Source: Escherichia coli (GTDB lineage: Bacteria; Pseudomonadota; Gammaproteobacteria; Enterobacterales; Enterobacteriaceae). From it: 64,000 nt of DNA. The notes beneath the pieces are model-generated. The model had not been told where the DNA came from and ran no database searches. It saw only the letters and a list, made by a program, of their open reading frames with translations. Location of the stretch: NCBI RefSeq assembly GCF_041886205.1, contig NZ_CP169029.1; one strand, 5' to 3'. Within the stretch, counting starts at the first letter, position 1. Every line of letters begins with the position of its first letter. Of the stretch, positions 30,620 to 42,521 are shown one piece after another. The translations under genes and the position numbers were made by a program.

Positions 30620-30964
30620 TTACACCGCAGCTACAATCTTAATTTCAACTTTATACTTCGGGTTCATCAAACCCGCTTGTACCGTGCAGCGCACTGGCGC
30701 ATGACCCGCGACAACCCAGGCATCCCACGCTTTATTCATCGCCGCGAAGTCGTTTTTATCGGCCAGGAAAATGGTGGCATCCAGAATGCTCGATTTATTG
30801 CTGCCCTGTTTTTCCAGCACAGCGTCAATCTGCGCCAGCGTGTTGGCGGTTTGCTCAAAGGCATCGGCGTCGAGGTTTTCCGGTACACCAGTGTAGTAGA
30901 GCGTGTTGTTGTGGATTACCACATCAGACCAGCGGGCTTCAGCATCGATACGAACGATAGTCAT
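30620..30964 (-). CDS. yoaB: RidA/YjgF-family protein YoaB
   Basis: ORF track 30620..31012; start moved to MTIVRIDAEARW giving 114 aa. Confidence 0.85.
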   Translation of the reverse strand: MTIVRIDAEARWSDVVIHNNTLYYTGVPENLDADAFEQTANTLAQIDAVLEKQGSNKSSILDATIFLADKNDFAAMNKAWDAWVVAGHAPVRCTVQAGLMNPKYKVEIKIVAAV

Positions 30965-31095
30965 CATTTTGTCCTCATTATACTTCCATTTTCGTGCTGC
31001 AAAGACTGCCACAATGTGAGGTCGCCGTCACCACTTCAACTGGCGAAAGCGCCCTCATCCTGACATAATCCCTGTTCGAATCAACAGGGGGTAGT

Positions 31096-33006
31096 GTGAC
31101 GGATGATTTTGCACCAGATGGTCAGCTGGCAAAAGCGATACCAGGCTTTAAGCCGCGAGAACCACAGCGACAGATGGCGGTAGCCGTCACCCAGGCGATA
31201 GAAAAAGGCCAGCCGCTGGTGGTGGAAGCAGGAACCGGTACGGGCAAAACCTACGCTTACCTGGCTCCTGCACTGCGGGCGAAAAAGAAAGTCATTATAT
31301 CGACCGGCTCAAAAGCGTTGCAGGATCAGCTCTACAGCCGCGATTTGCCAACAGTCTCAAAGGCATTGAAATATACGGGCAACGTGGCGCTGCTGAAAGG
31401 GCGCTCAAACTACCTCTGCCTCGAACGTCTCGAACAGCAGGCGCTGGCGGGGGGCGATCTGCCGGTACAAATATTAAGCGATGTGATCCTGCTGCGCTCC
31501 TGGTCTAATCAAACAGTCGATGGTGATATCAGCACCTGCGTCAGCGTGGCGGAAGATTCACAGGCGTGGCCGCTGGTCACCAGCACCAACGACAACTGTC
31601 TTGGCAGCGACTGCCCGATGTATAAAGATTGCTTTGTGGTCAAAGCACGCAAAAAAGCGATGGACGCCGATGTGGTGGTGGTGAACCATCATCTGTTTCT
31701 GGCGGATATGGTGGTGAAAGAGAGCGGTTTTGGCGAACTGATCCCGGAAGCGGAAGTCATGATCTTCGACGAAGCCCACCAGCTGCCCGACATTGCCAGC
31801 CAGTATTTCGGTCAGTCACTCTCCAGTCGACAACTGCTCGACCTGGCAAAAGACATCACCATCGCCTACCGCACCGAATTAAAAGACACCCAGCAGTTAC
31901 AAAAGTGCGCTGATCGTCTTGCCCAGAGTGCGCAGGATTTTCGTCTGCAACTCGGTGAGCCAGGTTATCGCGGTAACCTGCGTGAGCTGTTAGCTAATCC
32001 GCAAATTCAGCGGGCATTTTTACTGCTCGATGACACCCTGGAACTTTGTTATGACGTGGCGAAACTGTCACTGGGGCGTTCCGCCTTGCTGGATGCGGCA
32101 TTTGAGCGCGCTACGTTGTATCGCACACGGCTGAAGCGGCTAAAAGAGATCAATCAGCCGGGCTACAGCTACTGGTACGAATGCACTTCGCGCCATTTTA
32201 CTCTGGCTCTCACGCCGCTCAGCGTGGCGGATAAATTCAAAGAGTTAATGGCGCAAAAACCCGGTAGCTGGATCTTCACCTCAGCAACGCTGTCGGTGAA
32301 CGACGATCTGCATCATTTCACCTCGCGGCTTGGCATCGAACAGGCCGAGTCGTTGCTGTTGCCCAGCCCATTTGATTACAGCCGCCAGGCGTTACTCTGT
32401 GTGCCGCGCAATCTGCCGCAAACCAACCAGCCAGGTTCTGCTCGCCAGTTAGCGGCAATGCTGCGACCGATCATCGAAGCTAACAACGGTCGTTGTTTTA
32501 TGCTTTGTACCTCGCACGCCATGATGCGCGATCTGGCCGAGCAGTTCCGCGCTACCATGACGCTTCCTGTATTGTTGCAGGGGGAAACCAGCAAAGGGCA
32601 ACTGTTGCAGCAATTTGTCAGCGCCGGTAATGCGCTTCTTGTGGCAACCAGCAGTTTCTGGGAAGGGGTGGACGTGCGTGGCGATACATTGTCATTGGTA
32701 ATTATCGACAAATTGCCGTTTACCTCGCCGGATGATCCACTGTTAAAAGCGCGCATGGAAGATTGTCGTTTGCGCGGTGGCGACCCGTTCGATGAAGTGC
32801 AACTACCAGATGCCGTCATTACTCTCAAGCAGGGGGTAGGGCGACTGATTCGCGACGCCGACGATCGTGGCGTGTTAGTGATTTGCGACAATCGGCTGGT
32901 AATGCGCCCTTACGGCGCGACGTTTCTCGCCAGTCTGCCGCCCGCGCCACGCACCCGTGACATTGCCCGTGCGGTTCGTTTCCTTGCGATACCATCCTCC
33001 AGGTAA
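31096..33006 (+). CDS. yoaA: DinG-family ATP-dependent DNA helicase YoaA
   Basis: ORF track 636 aa; Walker A AGTGTGKT, DEAH box (DEAH at IFDEAHQL), Fe-S Cys cluster. Confidence 0.9.
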   Translation: MTDDFAPDGQLAKAIPGFKPREPQRQMAVAVTQAIEKGQPLVVEAGTGTGKTYAYLAPALRAKKKVIISTGSKALQDQLYSRDLPTVSKALKYTGNVALLKGRSNYLCLERLEQQALAGGDLPVQILSDVILLRSWSNQTVDGDISTCVSVAEDSQAWPLVTSTNDNCLGSDCPMYKDCFVVKARKKAMDADVVVVNHHLFLADMVVKESGFGELIPEAEVMIFDEAHQLPDIASQYFGQSLSSRQLLDLAKDITIAYRTELKDTQQLQKCADRLAQSAQDFRLQLGEPGYRGNLRELLANPQIQRAFLLLDDTLELCYDVAKLSLGRSALLDAAFERATLYRTRLKRLKEINQPGYSYWYECTSRHFTLALTPLSVADKFKELMAQKPGSWIFTSATLSVNDDLHHFTSRLGIEQAESLLLPSPFDYSRQALLCVPRNLPQTNQPGSARQLAAMLRPIIEANNGRCFMLCTSHAMMRDLAEQFRATMTLPVLLQGETSKGQLLQQFVSAGNALLVATSSFWEGVDVRGDTLSLVIIDKLPFTSPDDPLLKARMEDCRLRGGDPFDEVQLPDAVITLKQGVGRLIRDADDRGVLVICDNRLVMRPYGATFLASLPPAPRTRDIARAVRFLAIPSSR

Positions 33007-33063
33007 TTTGTTACGGAGTATGGTATGATGCGCGCCTTTTTATTGATCTAAGCACGAAGACCC

Positions 33064-33759
33064 ATGCGAATTCTGGCTATCGATACCGCGACAGAGGCCT
33101 GCTCTGTCGCCCTGTGGAACGACGGTACTGTCAACGCTCATTTTGAGCTTTGCCCTCGTGAACATACTCAACGAATCTTACCGATGGTGCAGAATATCCT
33201 GACCACCAGCGGAACTTCCCTGACTGACATAAACGCTCTGGCTTACGGGCGCGGCCCCGGTAGCTTTACTGGCGTGCGCATTGGTATTGGCATCGCGCAA
33301 GGGCTGGCGCTTGGCGCGGAATTACCGATGATTGGCATCTCCACGCTAATGACGATGGCGCAAGGGGCGTGGCGCAAAAACGGCGCAACACGCGTACTGT
33401 CAGCCATTGACGCGCGAATGGGCGAAGTTTACTGGGCCGAATATCAGCGTGATGAAAACGGTATCTGGCACGGTGAAGAAACCGAAGCCGTACTCAAACC
33501 CGAACTCGTTCATGAACGAATGCAACAGCTTTCCGGCGAATGGGTGACGGTAGGGACGGGCTGGCAAGCCTGGCCGGATCTCGGTAAAGAGAGCGAGCTG
33601 GTTTTGCGCGATGGCGAAGTGTTACTCCCCGCTGCAGAAGATATGCTGCCGATTGCTTGTCAGATGTTTGCCGAGGGTAAAACGGTGGCGGTGGAACATG
33701 CCGAACCGGTTTATTTACGTAACAACGTCGCATGGAAGAAACTTCCGGGCAAAGAATGA
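33064..33759 (+). CDS. tsaB: tRNA t6A37 threonylcarbamoyladenosine biosynthesis protein TsaB (YeaZ)
   Basis: ORF track 231 aa; [18 protein letters not shown]-terminus typical of TsaB. Confidence 0.9.
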   Translation: MRILAIDTATEACSVALWNDGTVNAHFELCPREHTQRILPMVQNILTTSGTSLTDINALAYGRGPGSFTGVRIGIGIAQGLALGAELPMIGISTLMTMAQGAWRKNGATRVLSAIDARMGEVYWAEYQRDENGIWHGEETEAVLKPELVHERMQQLSGEWVTVGTGWQAWPDLGKESELVLRDGEVLLPAAEDMLPIACQMFAEGKTVAVEHAEPVYLRNNVAWKKLPGKE

Positions 33760-33798
33760 ATCTTAAGAGTATGCCCTGAGAAAAAAAGGAGTCGCATC

Positions 33799-34380
33799 AT
33801 GGCGGTTCAAGAGAATGTTATCAAAGGCATACTGGCAGGTACGTTTGCGCTAATGCTGAGCGGTTGTGTCACTGTGCCGGACGCCATTAAAGGCAGCAGT
33901 CCCACGCCGCAACAAGATTTAGTTCGGGTGATGAGTGCGCCGCAGCTGTACGTTGGTCAGGAGGCACGCTTTGGTGGCAAAGTGGTTGCGGTACAAAACC
34001 AGCAAGGGAAAACCCGCCTGGAAATTGCTACCGTACCGCTGGACAGCGGAGCCAGACCGACGCTGGGAGAACCTTCTCGCGGTCGCATTTATGCCGATGT
34101 GAACGGTTTTCTGGACCCGGTGGATTTCCGTGGACAACTGGTTACGGTAGTCGGGCCAATCACTGGTGCGGTTGACGGCAAAATCGGCAATACGCCCTAT
34201 AAATTTATGGTGATGCAGGCAACAGGTTACAAACGTTGGCATTTAACCCAGCAGGTGATTATGCCGCCTCAGCCGATTGATCCATGGTTTTATGGCGGTC
34301 GTGGCTGGCCCTATGGCTACGGCGGATGGGGCTGGTATAATCCCGGCCCCGCGAGAGTACAAACAGTTGTAACTGAATAA
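33799..34380 (+). CDS. yeaY: Slp-family outer-membrane lipoprotein YeaY
   Basis: ORF track 193 aa; lipobox LSGC; Gly/Trp-rich C-terminus. Confidence 0.85.
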   Translation: MAVQENVIKGILAGTFALMLSGCVTVPDAIKGSSPTPQQDLVRVMSAPQLYVGQEARFGGKVVAVQNQQGKTRLEIATVPLDSGARPTLGEPSRGRIYADVNGFLDPVDFRGQLVTVVGPITGAVDGKIGNTPYKFMVMQATGYKRWHLTQQVIMPPQPIDPWFYGGRGWPYGYGGWGWYNPGPARVQTVVTE

Positions 34381-34401
34381 TTGCTTGTTTTTAAAGAAAA
34401 A

Positions 34402-34427
34402 GAAACAGCGGCTGGTCCGCTGTTTCT
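34402..34427 (+). terminator. terminator after yeaY
   Basis: gaaacagcgg-ctggtc-cgctgtttc hairpin. Confidence 0.45.
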
Positions 34428-34584
34428 GCATTCTTACGGTAAAGATAAAAATAAATAGTGACGCGCTTCGCAACCTTTTCGTTGGGTAATTATCAAGCTG
34501 GTATGATGAGTTAATATTATGTTAACGGCATGTATATCATTTGGGGTTGCGATGACGACGAACACGCATTTTAGAGGTGAAGAA

Positions 34585-36270
34585 TTGAAGAAGGTTTGGC
34601 TTAACCGTTATCCCGCGGACGTTCCGACGGAGATCAACCCTGACCGTTATCAATCTCTGGTAGATATGTTTGAGCAGTCGGTCGCGCGCTACGCCGATCA
34701 GCCTGCGTTTGTGAATATGGGGGAGGTGATGACCTTCCGCAAGCTGGAAGAACGCAGTCGCGCGTTTGCCGCTTATTTGCAACAAGGGTTGGGGCTGAAG
34801 AAAGGCGATCGCGTTGCGTTGATGATGCCTAATTTATTGCAATATCCGGTGGCGCTGTTTGGCATTTTGCGTGCCGGGATGATCGTCGTAAACGTTAACC
34901 CGTTGTATACCCCGCGTGAGCTTGAGCATCAGCTTAACGATAGCGGCGCATCGGCGATTGTTATCGTGTCTAACTTTGCTCACACACTGGAAAAAGTGGT
35001 TGATAAAACCGCCGTTCAGCACGTAATTCTGACCCGTATGGGCGATCAGCTATCTACGGCAAAAGGCACGGTAGTCAATTTCGTAGTTAAATACATCAAG
35101 CGTCTGGTGCCGAAATACCATCTGCCAGATGCCATTTCATTTCGTAGCGCCCTGCATAACGGCTACCGGATGCAGTACGTCAAACCCGAACTGGTGCCGG
35201 AAGATTTAGCTTTCCTGCAATACACCGGCGGCACCACTGGTGTGGCGAAAGGCGCGATGCTGACTCACCGCAATATGCTGGCGAACCTGGAACAGGTTAA
35301 CGCGACTTATGGTCCGCTGTTGCATCCGGGCAAAGAGCTGGTGGTGACGGCGCTGCCGCTGTATCACATTTTTGCCCTGACCATTAACTGCCTGCTGTTT
35401 ATCGAACTGGGTGGGCAGAACCTGCTTATCACTAACCCGCGCGATATTCCAGGGTTGGTAAAAGAGTTAGCGAAATATCCGTTTACCGCTATCACTGGCG
35501 TTAACACCTTGTTCAATGCGTTGCTGAACAATAAAGAGTTCCAGCAGCTGGATTTCTCCAGTCTGCATCTTTCCGCAGGCGGTGGGATGCCAGTGCAGCA
35601 AGTGGTGGCAGAGCGTTGGGTGAAACTGACAGGACAGTATCTGCTGGAAGGTTATGGCCTGACCGAGTGTGCGCCGCTGGTTAGCGTTAACCCGTATGAT
35701 ATTGATTATCATAGTGGTAGCATCGGTTTGCCGGTGCCGTCGACGGAAGCCAAACTGGTGGATGACGACGATAATGAAGTACCACCGGGTCAACCGGGTG
35801 AGCTTTGTGTCAAAGGACCGCAGGTGATGCTGGGTTACTGGCAGCGTCCGGATGCTACCGATGAGATCATCAAAAATGGCTGGTTACACACCGGCGACAT
35901 CGCGGTGATGGATGAAGAAGGGTTCCTGCGCATTGTCGATCGTAAAAAAGACATGATTCTGGTTTCCGGTTTTAACGTCTATCCCAACGAGATTGAAGAT
36001 GTCGTCATGCAGCATCCTGGCGTACAGGAAGTCGCGGCTGTTGGCGTACCTTCCGGCTCCAGTGGTGAAGCGGTAAAAATCTTTGTAGTGAAAAAAGATC
36101 CATCGCTTACCGAAGAGTCACTGGTGACTTTTTGCCGCCGTCAGCTCACGGGCTACAAAGTACCGAAGCTGGTGGAGTTTCGTGATGAGTTACCGAAATC
36201 TAACGTCGGAAAAATTTTGCGACGAGAATTACGTGACGAAGCGCGCGGCAAAGTGGACAATAAAGCCTGA
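34585..36270 (+). CDS. fadD: long-chain fatty acid-CoA ligase FadD
   Basis: ORF track 34519..36270; conserved N-terminus (M)[13 protein letters not shown] begins at an in-frame TTG preceded by GAGGTGA SD; AMP-binding motif [12 protein letters not shown]. Confidence 0.9.
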
Positions 36271-36288
36271 GCGTTAAGTCAGTCGTCA

Positions 36289-36315
36289 GACGCCGGTTAA
36301 TCCGGCGTTTTTTTT
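36289..36315 (+). terminator. fadD terminator / hairpin preceding the rnd start
   Basis: gccggttaatccggc hairpin followed by tttttttt, about 25 nt upstream of rnd start codon. Confidence 0.5.
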
Positions 36316-36339
36316 GACGCCCACTAAAGAGAATATAAT

Positions 36340-37467
36340 TTGAATTACCAAATGATTACCACGGACGATGCGCTGGTTTCTTTGTGTGAAGCCGTCCGTG
36401 CCTTTCCGGCGATAGCCCTGGATACTGAATTTGTTCGTACGCGCACTTATTACCCGCAGCTGGGGTTGATTCAACTTTTCGATGGCGAGCATCTGGCGCT
36501 AATCGATCCACTCGGGATCACCGACTGGTCACCGCTGAAAGCGATCCTGCGCGATCCGTCCATCACAAAATTTCTCCATGCAGGCAGTGAAGATCTGGAA
36601 GTGTTCCTCAATGTCTTTGGCGAATTACCACAACCCCTGATTGACACGCAAATCCTTGCTGCCTTCTGCGGACGCCCGATGTCATGGGGTTTCGCTTCCA
36701 TGGTGGAAGAGTATTCCGGCGTTACGCTGGACAAGAGTGAATCGCGCACCGACTGGCTGGCCAGACCGCTGACCGAACGTCAGTGTGAATATGCAGCGGC
36801 GGATGTCTGGTATCTGTTACCGATCACCGCAAAGCTTATGGTAGAAACGGAGGCCTCCGGCTGGCTACCTGCGGCGCTGGATGAATGTCGCCTGATGCAA
36901 ATGCGTCGTCAGGAAGTCGTTGCGCCGGAAGATGCCTGGCGTGATATCATCAATGCCTGGCAATTACGTACACGCCAACTGGCCTGTCTGCAACTGTTAG
37001 CCGACTGGCGACTGCGCAAGGCTCGGGAGCGCGATCTGGCAGTGAACTTTGTCGTGCGTGAAGAGCATTTGTGGTCTGTAGCGCGTTATATGCCGGGAAG
37101 TTTAGGCGAACTGGACAGCCTGGGCTTATCCGGTAGCGAAATTCGCTTCCACGGTAAAACTCTGCTGGCGCTGGTGGAAAAAGCGCAGGCATTGCCGGAA
37201 GAGGCCTTACCGCAGCCGATGCTTAACCTGATGGACATGCCGGGTTATCGTAAAGCGTTTAAAGCGATTAAGTCGCTGATTACTGACGTGAGCGAAACGC
37301 ATAAGATCAGCACCGAATTGCTGGCATCGCGTCGGCAAATCAACCAACTGCTGAACTGGCACTGGAAACTGAAACCGCAGAACAATTTGCCGGAGCTGAT
37401 TTCCGGCTGGCGTGGTGAGCTGATGGCGGAAGCATTACACAATTTATTGCAGGAATATCCGCAGTAA
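36340..37467 (+). CDS. rnd: ribonuclease D
   Basis: ORF track 375 aa; TTG start; DEDDy 3'-5' exonuclease and HRDC domains. Confidence 0.9.
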   Translation: MNYQMITTDDALVSLCEAVRAFPAIALDTEFVRTRTYYPQLGLIQLFDGEHLALIDPLGITDWSPLKAILRDPSITKFLHAGSEDLEVFLNVFGELPQPLIDTQILAAFCGRPMSWGFASMVEEYSGVTLDKSESRTDWLARPLTERQCEYAAADVWYLLPITAKLMVETEASGWLPAALDECRLMQMRRQEVVAPEDAWRDIINAWQLRTRQLACLQLLADWRLRKARERDLAVNFVVREEHLWSVARYMPGSLGELDSLGLSGSEIRFHGKTLLALVEKAQALPEEALPQPMLNLMDMPGYRKAFKAIKSLITDVSETHKISTELLASRRQINQLLNWHWKLKPQNNLPELISGWRGELMAEALHNLLQEYPQ

Positions 37468-37474
37468 AATCTTC

Positions 37475-37517
37475 CGAAGCCGGACTGGGCGCGCTCAGCG
37501 CCACATCCGGCTTCGGC
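37475..37517. terminator. bidirectional terminator between convergent rnd and yeaX
   Basis: ccgaagccgga...tccggcttcgg extended inverted repeat. Confidence 0.45.
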
Positions 37518-37520
37518 AAA

Positions 37521-38486
37521 CTACAAATCCAACACCAGGCGTTTACCCTTCGCACGCGAACAACAGATCAACATACTTTGCTGGCTGGCACGCTCTTCAT
37601 CGCTAAAATATTGATCCCGATGGTCAGCTTCACCTTCCAGTATTGCTGTTTCGCAGGTTCCGCATACCCCTTCACGACATAAACATTCCACTTTCGCGGC
37701 TTTATTATTTTCAATAACCTGCAAAATAGTCATCTCTTCCGGCACCACAAACTCTTTTCCGGAACGGGCAAGCACCAGGGTAAATGCATCGCCGGTTTTG
37801 TCTTCGATAGCAAATTGCTCAAAGTGCAGCGTATCGGCGGCGATGTCCAGACGCGCAGCTTCACTTCTTACCGCTTCAATTAGCGCCTCGGGGCCACAGG
37901 TATAAACGTGTGTGCCAGGTTCGATATCCGCCAATAATCGCGCTAATTCCAGTCGTGTTCCGGTTGATGAATGATGCAAATGGACTTTCTCAGCCTGCGG
38001 ATGCTGGACTAGCTCATCACGAAATGCGCAACTTTCTGGATTTCGCGAGCAGTAATGTAGCTGCCAGTCGACGTCGCTGTGTTGCAGCTCTGCCATGTGC
38101 GACAGGAAAGGGGTGATACCAATACCGCCCGCGATAAACAGATGCTTTCTGGCTGAGGGAATTAGCGCAAACAGGTTATTAGGCGTTGAAATCGTTAACC
38201 GATCGCCCACTTTTACCTGCTGATGCAAAAAGCGGGAACCGCCGCGCGAGTTTTCCTCCAGCCGAACGGCAATCTGATAACAAGAGGTGTCATGCGGCGA
38301 ACTCAGTAGTGAATACGCATTGCTGTACTGGTTATCACCATCGCTCATCTGCACAATGATGTGACTTCCTCCGGTGAACGCAGGCAGCGGTTTGCCATCG
38401 GTTGCCACCAGCGTGAAGCGTTTCACCTGTTCGGTAAGCGGTTCCACCTGACTCACCTGTACTTCAAACATTTGATAGTCTGACAT
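37521..38486 (-). CDS. yeaX: carnitine monooxygenase reductase subunit (ferredoxin-NAD(P) reductase with 2Fe-2S)
   Basis: ORF track 321 aa; FMN/NAD-binding reductase with C-terminal plant-type ferredoxin Cys motif (CREGVCGTCE). Confidence 0.85.
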   Translation of the reverse strand: MSDYQMFEVQVSQVEPLTEQVKRFTLVATDGKPLPAFTGGSHIIVQMSDGDNQYSNAYSLLSSPHDTSCYQIAVRLEENSRGGSRFLHQQVKVGDRLTISTPNNLFALIPSARKHLFIAGGIGITPFLSHMAELQHSDVDWQLHYCSRNPESCAFRDELVQHPQAEKVHLHHSSTGTRLELARLLADIEPGTHVYTCGPEALIEAVRSEAARLDIAADTLHFEQFAIEDKTGDAFTLVLARSGKEFVVPEEMTILQVIENNKAAKVECLCREGVCGTCETAILEGEADHRDQYFSDEERASQQSMLICCSRAKGKRLVLDL

Positions 38487-38541
38487 TGCTGTACTCCATC
38501 AAAAATCAGCCCAGCGGCGGAAAATACCGCCGCCGATGTCA

Positions 38542-39666
38542 TTAGTCCTTAAACACCTGCGCCAGCAGATTATGGAAATGGGCGATACCATGTTCGGAAA
38601 TGACACTACCGCTACTGTCGGCCATGATGCGCCCCTGACCACGATAGCCACGCGATTTCAGCCCTTTCTGTACGCTTTCAACCAGACGTAAATCTTCCGG
38701 ACGGAACACATCGCGATACCACTCAATCAGCGATTTTTGCTCGTCGGTTAACTCTTCATTGGTGAAGTAAATATCGTAGTTTTGCAGGGTAGTTTCAGAA
38801 TCCACCGGGAATTCATAAATGACCGTCATCATCCCTTTGATCGGGGTGACGTTCAGCATCGTGCACGGCCACAGCCAGAAACCGTGGAATGCCGCATCCG
38901 TACCCTCTTCAAATTTAAACGACTGTTCGGACGGTTTGGCGAAACCGTATTGCAGCGTCCAGTTACCGTGCATGGTGTGCCAGTAACGATCAACCTGTAC
39001 GGAGTCGGAGAAACCTGGATGCGCCGGACCACAGTGATAGCACTCGAGATAGTTATCGACAATGTTCTTCCAGTTGGCAGGCGTGCGGGTGGTAAAGCGG
39101 GCCGCCAGTTTCAGATCGTGGACTTCCGGGCAGGCTTCCAGCACTTTCGCGCCCAGACCGGGTAACTGATCTTCTACGCTGGTGGCGTTGGGGTCCATGT
39201 TGATGAAGACGAATCCGGCATATTCTTCCAGACGCACCGGAACCAGTTGCGCTTTGTCGCTATCGAAATTGGCGACGTTTTCGCAGTTACGTGCATGGGC
39301 CAGGTTGCCATCGAGTTTGAATGCCCATGCGTGATACGGGCAGGTAATCACATTTTTTGCTTTTCCTTCACCGCTCAACAACTGATGACCACGGTGCGGA
39401 CACACGTTATAGAACGCGCGCAAAACCTTATCACGACCGCGTACCAGCACGATGCTTTCGCCAATGATCTCACGCGTCACATAATCATTGGCATTCGCCA
39501 GTTCGCTGCTGTGAGCGACGCAAATCCAGCTTTTGGCGAAGACGTTCTCTTTTTCGTGTTCAAACGTGTTCTGATCGGTATAAAAACGGGCAGGAATGGT
39601 CCACGCCTCTTGCGGGTTAGCGCAAAAATTTTCGGGTAGTACAAAGTCAGGGCTCAGATTGCTCAT
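38542..39666 (-). CDS. yeaW: carnitine monooxygenase oxygenase subunit, Rieske non-heme iron protein
   Basis: ORF track 38542..39786; start moved to MSNLSPDFVLPENF giving 374 aa; Rieske motif CVAH...CPYHAW region (CPHRGHQL / CPYHAWAF). Confidence 0.85.
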   Translation of the reverse strand: MSNLSPDFVLPENFCANPQEAWTIPARFYTDQNTFEHEKENVFAKSWICVAHSSELANANDYVTREIIGESIVLVRGRDKVLRAFYNVCPHRGHQLLSGEGKAKNVITCPYHAWAFKLDGNLAHARNCENVANFDSDKAQLVPVRLEEYAGFVFINMDPNATSVEDQLPGLGAKVLEACPEVHDLKLAARFTTRTPANWKNIVDNYLECYHCGPAHPGFSDSVQVDRYWHTMHGNWTLQYGFAKPSEQSFKFEEGTDAAFHGFWLWPCTMLNVTPIKGMMTVIYEFPVDSETTLQNYDIYFTNEELTDEQKSLIEWYRDVFRPEDLRLVESVQKGLKSRGYRGQGRIMADSSGSVISEHGIAHFHNLLAQVFKD

Positions 39667-39697
39667 AGGGATACCTTTATCGTTAGGATGATGGCGC

Positions 39698-41143
39698 TCA
39701 GTTGTCGCCTTTGAATACGGTTCCCGCAGGGAGCACTGGCGTTTTTTCCAGGGCTTCAACCGGTGTCTGCGGGAGATAATGTTCAACTTGATGAGCCGGA
39801 ATGTCGGCGTAATCCTGTTTCAGCCAGCGAATAAATCCGCCGACTTTCACCAGTAAAATGACGAGGAAGGGAAGGGCTGTGAGCACGACGGTGGTTTTCA
39901 TCGTTTCCAGCGAAGCACCGGTAAACAAGATGGAAAGCGGGATCAGAGTGATCACCACGCACCAGAAAAGACGCAGCCCACGGTCAGGATCGTCACCTTC
40001 CTGGAGATTACGCGTACTGGTCGCAGCCATGGTGTAGGCCACCGCATCCATATGCGAGGCAAGGAAAATAATCATCACGCCCAGGTATGCGGCGAAGAAC
40101 AATTTACCGGCTGGCAACGACATCAGAACTTGCTGCACAGCTGTTTCGCCGCCCAGTGTTTCCAGCACCTGTGGGACGTTGATTACGCCATTGATAAACT
40201 GATGAATGGCATAGCTTTCCATTACGCCAAAGAAGAACCAGCAACCGACGGTGCTGCCGAGGATCAGTCCCCAGATAACTTCTTTAATCTTACGACCGCG
40301 GGAAACGCGGGTGACAAACATTGCTACGCCAGGGGTGTATGAGATCCACCACAGCCAGTAGAAAACGGTCCAGTTGCGGGTAAATGAACCATCGCCAAGC
40401 GGATCGGTGAATAAGCTCATTTGCAGGAAGTTTTGCGTGGTCAGGCCGATGGCATTGATGATGCTGTTGGTAATAAATTCGGTTGGGCCGACAATCAGCA
40501 CCAGTAATGGCAGCAGGAACGCGCCCCAGCCAACCATTTTGCTCAGACGTTGCAAACCGTTGTTGATACCAATCCACGAGCTTAGGCAAAAAATGCCGCC
40601 GGAAAGCAGGATCACAAATGCCTGCACGGTGAAGTTATCGGGTAAACCGGTCAGCGCGGAAAGTCCACGAGTAAAGGTTGCTGCGGTAACAACAAGGGAA
40701 ATGGTCAGTGCGCCGACAGTGGCGATCAGGAACATCAAATCGACCAGTTTTCCCCATGGGCCTTGCGGGCGAACGCCGGTAATAGCAGCAATAATGCCGG
40801 AAAGGCTCAGACCTTTGTTTTTCCGCACATGAAAGTGATAAGCCATGATTAATGAGGCCAGCGTATAAGTTGCCCAGGCGCTGATGCCCCAGTGGAAGAA
40901 AGAGTAGGGAACGCTAAATTCGAGTGCCTGTTGTGAACGCGGTGCGATATTTAATCCAGGCGTTTGATAATAATAGGCCCATTCAGCAACCCCCCAATAA
41001 AGCGTAGAAGAACCTAAACCGGCACAAATAAACATAAACAGCCAGGAGAGCGTGCTGTATTCCGGTTTTCCTTCGCCAAGACGAATATTGCCGTATTTAC
41101 TGGTGGCTAAATAAATCACCAGTCCCATTGCCAGCAAAACCAA
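39698..41143 (-). CDS. yeaV: BCCT-family transporter YeaV
   Basis: ORF track 481 aa, TTG start; polytopic, Trp-rich BCCT signature region. Confidence 0.85.
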   Translation of the reverse strand: MVLLAMGLVIYLATSKYGNIRLGEGKPEYSTLSWLFMFICAGLGSSTLYWGVAEWAYYYQTPGLNIAPRSQQALEFSVPYSFFHWGISAWATYTLASLIMAYHFHVRKNKGLSLSGIIAAITGVRPQGPWGKLVDLMFLIATVGALTISLVVTAATFTRGLSALTGLPDNFTVQAFVILLSGGIFCLSSWIGINNGLQRLSKMVGWGAFLLPLLVLIVGPTEFITNSIINAIGLTTQNFLQMSLFTDPLGDGSFTRNWTVFYWLWWISYTPGVAMFVTRVSRGRKIKEVIWGLILGSTVGCWFFFGVMESYAIHQFINGVINVPQVLETLGGETAVQQVLMSLPAGKLFFAAYLGVMIIFLASHMDAVAYTMAATSTRNLQEGDDPDRGLRLFWCVVITLIPLSILFTGASLETMKTTVVLTALPFLVILLVKVGGFIRWLKQDYADIPAHQVEHYLPQTPVEALEKTPVLPAGTVFKGDN

Positions 41144-41283
41144 TACCTGTACGGCGGAACCTAACGTACGCGTAACAAAATTTGCATGTTACATAAATTA
41201 AACAATTAAGAATACGGAAAGCCATAAAACACGAAACGGAAACAATAAAAGGTGAAATGACGCAGGTTATTTACTGCAAAGAA

Positions 41284-41312
41284 CGAATAAAAAAACCGCG
41301 TCAGTGACGCGG
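41284..41312 (-). terminator. intrinsic terminator after dmlA
   Basis: Minus strand aaccgcgtcactgacgcggttttttt. Confidence 0.5.
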
Positions 41313-41333
41313 TTCAAATAAACTGGTTTGACC

Positions 41334-42419
41334 TTAACGCAAAATAATTTTGCAAATCGCGTCGGCAACCTGTGGCGTGGTGGCATTGCCTTTCATATCA
41401 GGTGTTTTCGGCCCGTGAGCAATCACTTCTTCAATTGCTGCCAGAATACCGTTATGCGCTTGCTGGAAACGCTCATCGCCATTGCCGAGAAAATCGAGCA
41501 TCATTGCCCCGGCCCAAATCGTGGCGATAGGGTTAGCAATATTTTTCCCGTAGATATCCGGCGCGGAACCGTGGACAGGCTCGAAGAGCGACGGGAAAGT
41601 GCGTTCCGGATTCAGGTTGGCGGATGGGGCAATGCCAATGGTGCCGGTGCAGGCCGGGCCAAGATCGGAAAGGATATCGCCAAACAAATTGGACGCCACC
41701 ACCACATCGAAGCGTTCCGGCTGCATCACAAAACGCGCGCAGAGAATATCAATATGCTGCTTGTCCCAGCGGATCTCCGGGTAATTCTCGGCCATTGCTT
41801 CCACTCGCTCATCCCAGTACGGCATGCTGATGGCTAAACCGTTCGATTTAGTGGCAGAAGTTAGCGTCTTACGTGGGCGGCTTTGCGCAAGTTCGAAGGC
41901 ATAACGCAAAATGCGATCGACACCACGACGCGTAAATACCGATTCCTGAATGACGACTTCATGCTCTGTACCTTCATTCACTCTACCGCCGAGCGAGGAA
42001 TATTCGCCTTCGGTGTTTTCCCTGACCACGTAAAAATCGATGTCGCCAGGCTGTTTTCCCGCCAGCGGGCAGGGAACGCCAGGAAAGAGACGAACCGGGC
42101 GCAGGTTGACGTACTGGTCGAATTCACGACGAAATTTCAGCAGCGAACCCCACAACGAAATATGGTCCGGAACGGTATCCGGCCAGCCGACGGCACCAAA
42201 ATAGATGGCGTCGAAACGGCTAAGTTGCTCATGCCAGTCGTCCGGCATCATTTTACCGTGATGGCTGTAATACTCGCAGCTCGCCCACTCCATTTGCTCA
42301 AAACTCAAGGCGAAGCCCCAGCGCTCAGCGGCAGCCTGTAACACGCGAATCCCTTCAGGAAGGACTTCTTTGCCAATCCCGTCTCCCGGGATCGCAGCAA
42401 TACGCATCGTTTTCATCAT
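41334..42419 (-). CDS. dmlA: D-malate / 3-isopropylmalate dehydrogenase (decarboxylating)
   Basis: ORF track 361 aa; isocitrate/isopropylmalate dehydrogenase family. Confidence 0.9.
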   Translation of the reverse strand: MMKTMRIAAIPGDGIGKEVLPEGIRVLQAAAERWGFALSFEQMEWASCEYYSHHGKMMPDDWHEQLSRFDAIYFGAVGWPDTVPDHISLWGSLLKFRREFDQYVNLRPVRLFPGVPCPLAGKQPGDIDFYVVRENTEGEYSSLGGRVNEGTEHEVVIQESVFTRRGVDRILRYAFELAQSRPRKTLTSATKSNGLAISMPYWDERVEAMAENYPEIRWDKQHIDILCARFVMQPERFDVVVASNLFGDILSDLGPACTGTIGIAPSANLNPERTFPSLFEPVHGSAPDIYGKNIANPIATIWAGAMMLDFLGNGDERFQQAHNGILAAIEEVIAHGPKTPDMKGNATTPQVADAICKIILR

Positions 42420-42521
42420 TGGGTTCTCACTTCCTGACCATCAAAATTGACAACATCACCATCCTATAATTGACTGAAAAGGAATTAATCCCCGTAACTG
42501 GTGAAACATAAAACACGAATC

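Noticed and set aside
39667-39786. N-terminal 40-codon extension of yeaW overlapping the yeaV 3' end
   Set aside because: The conserved oxygenase N-terminus starts at the internal ATG (MSNLSPDF); the extension is likely untranslated.
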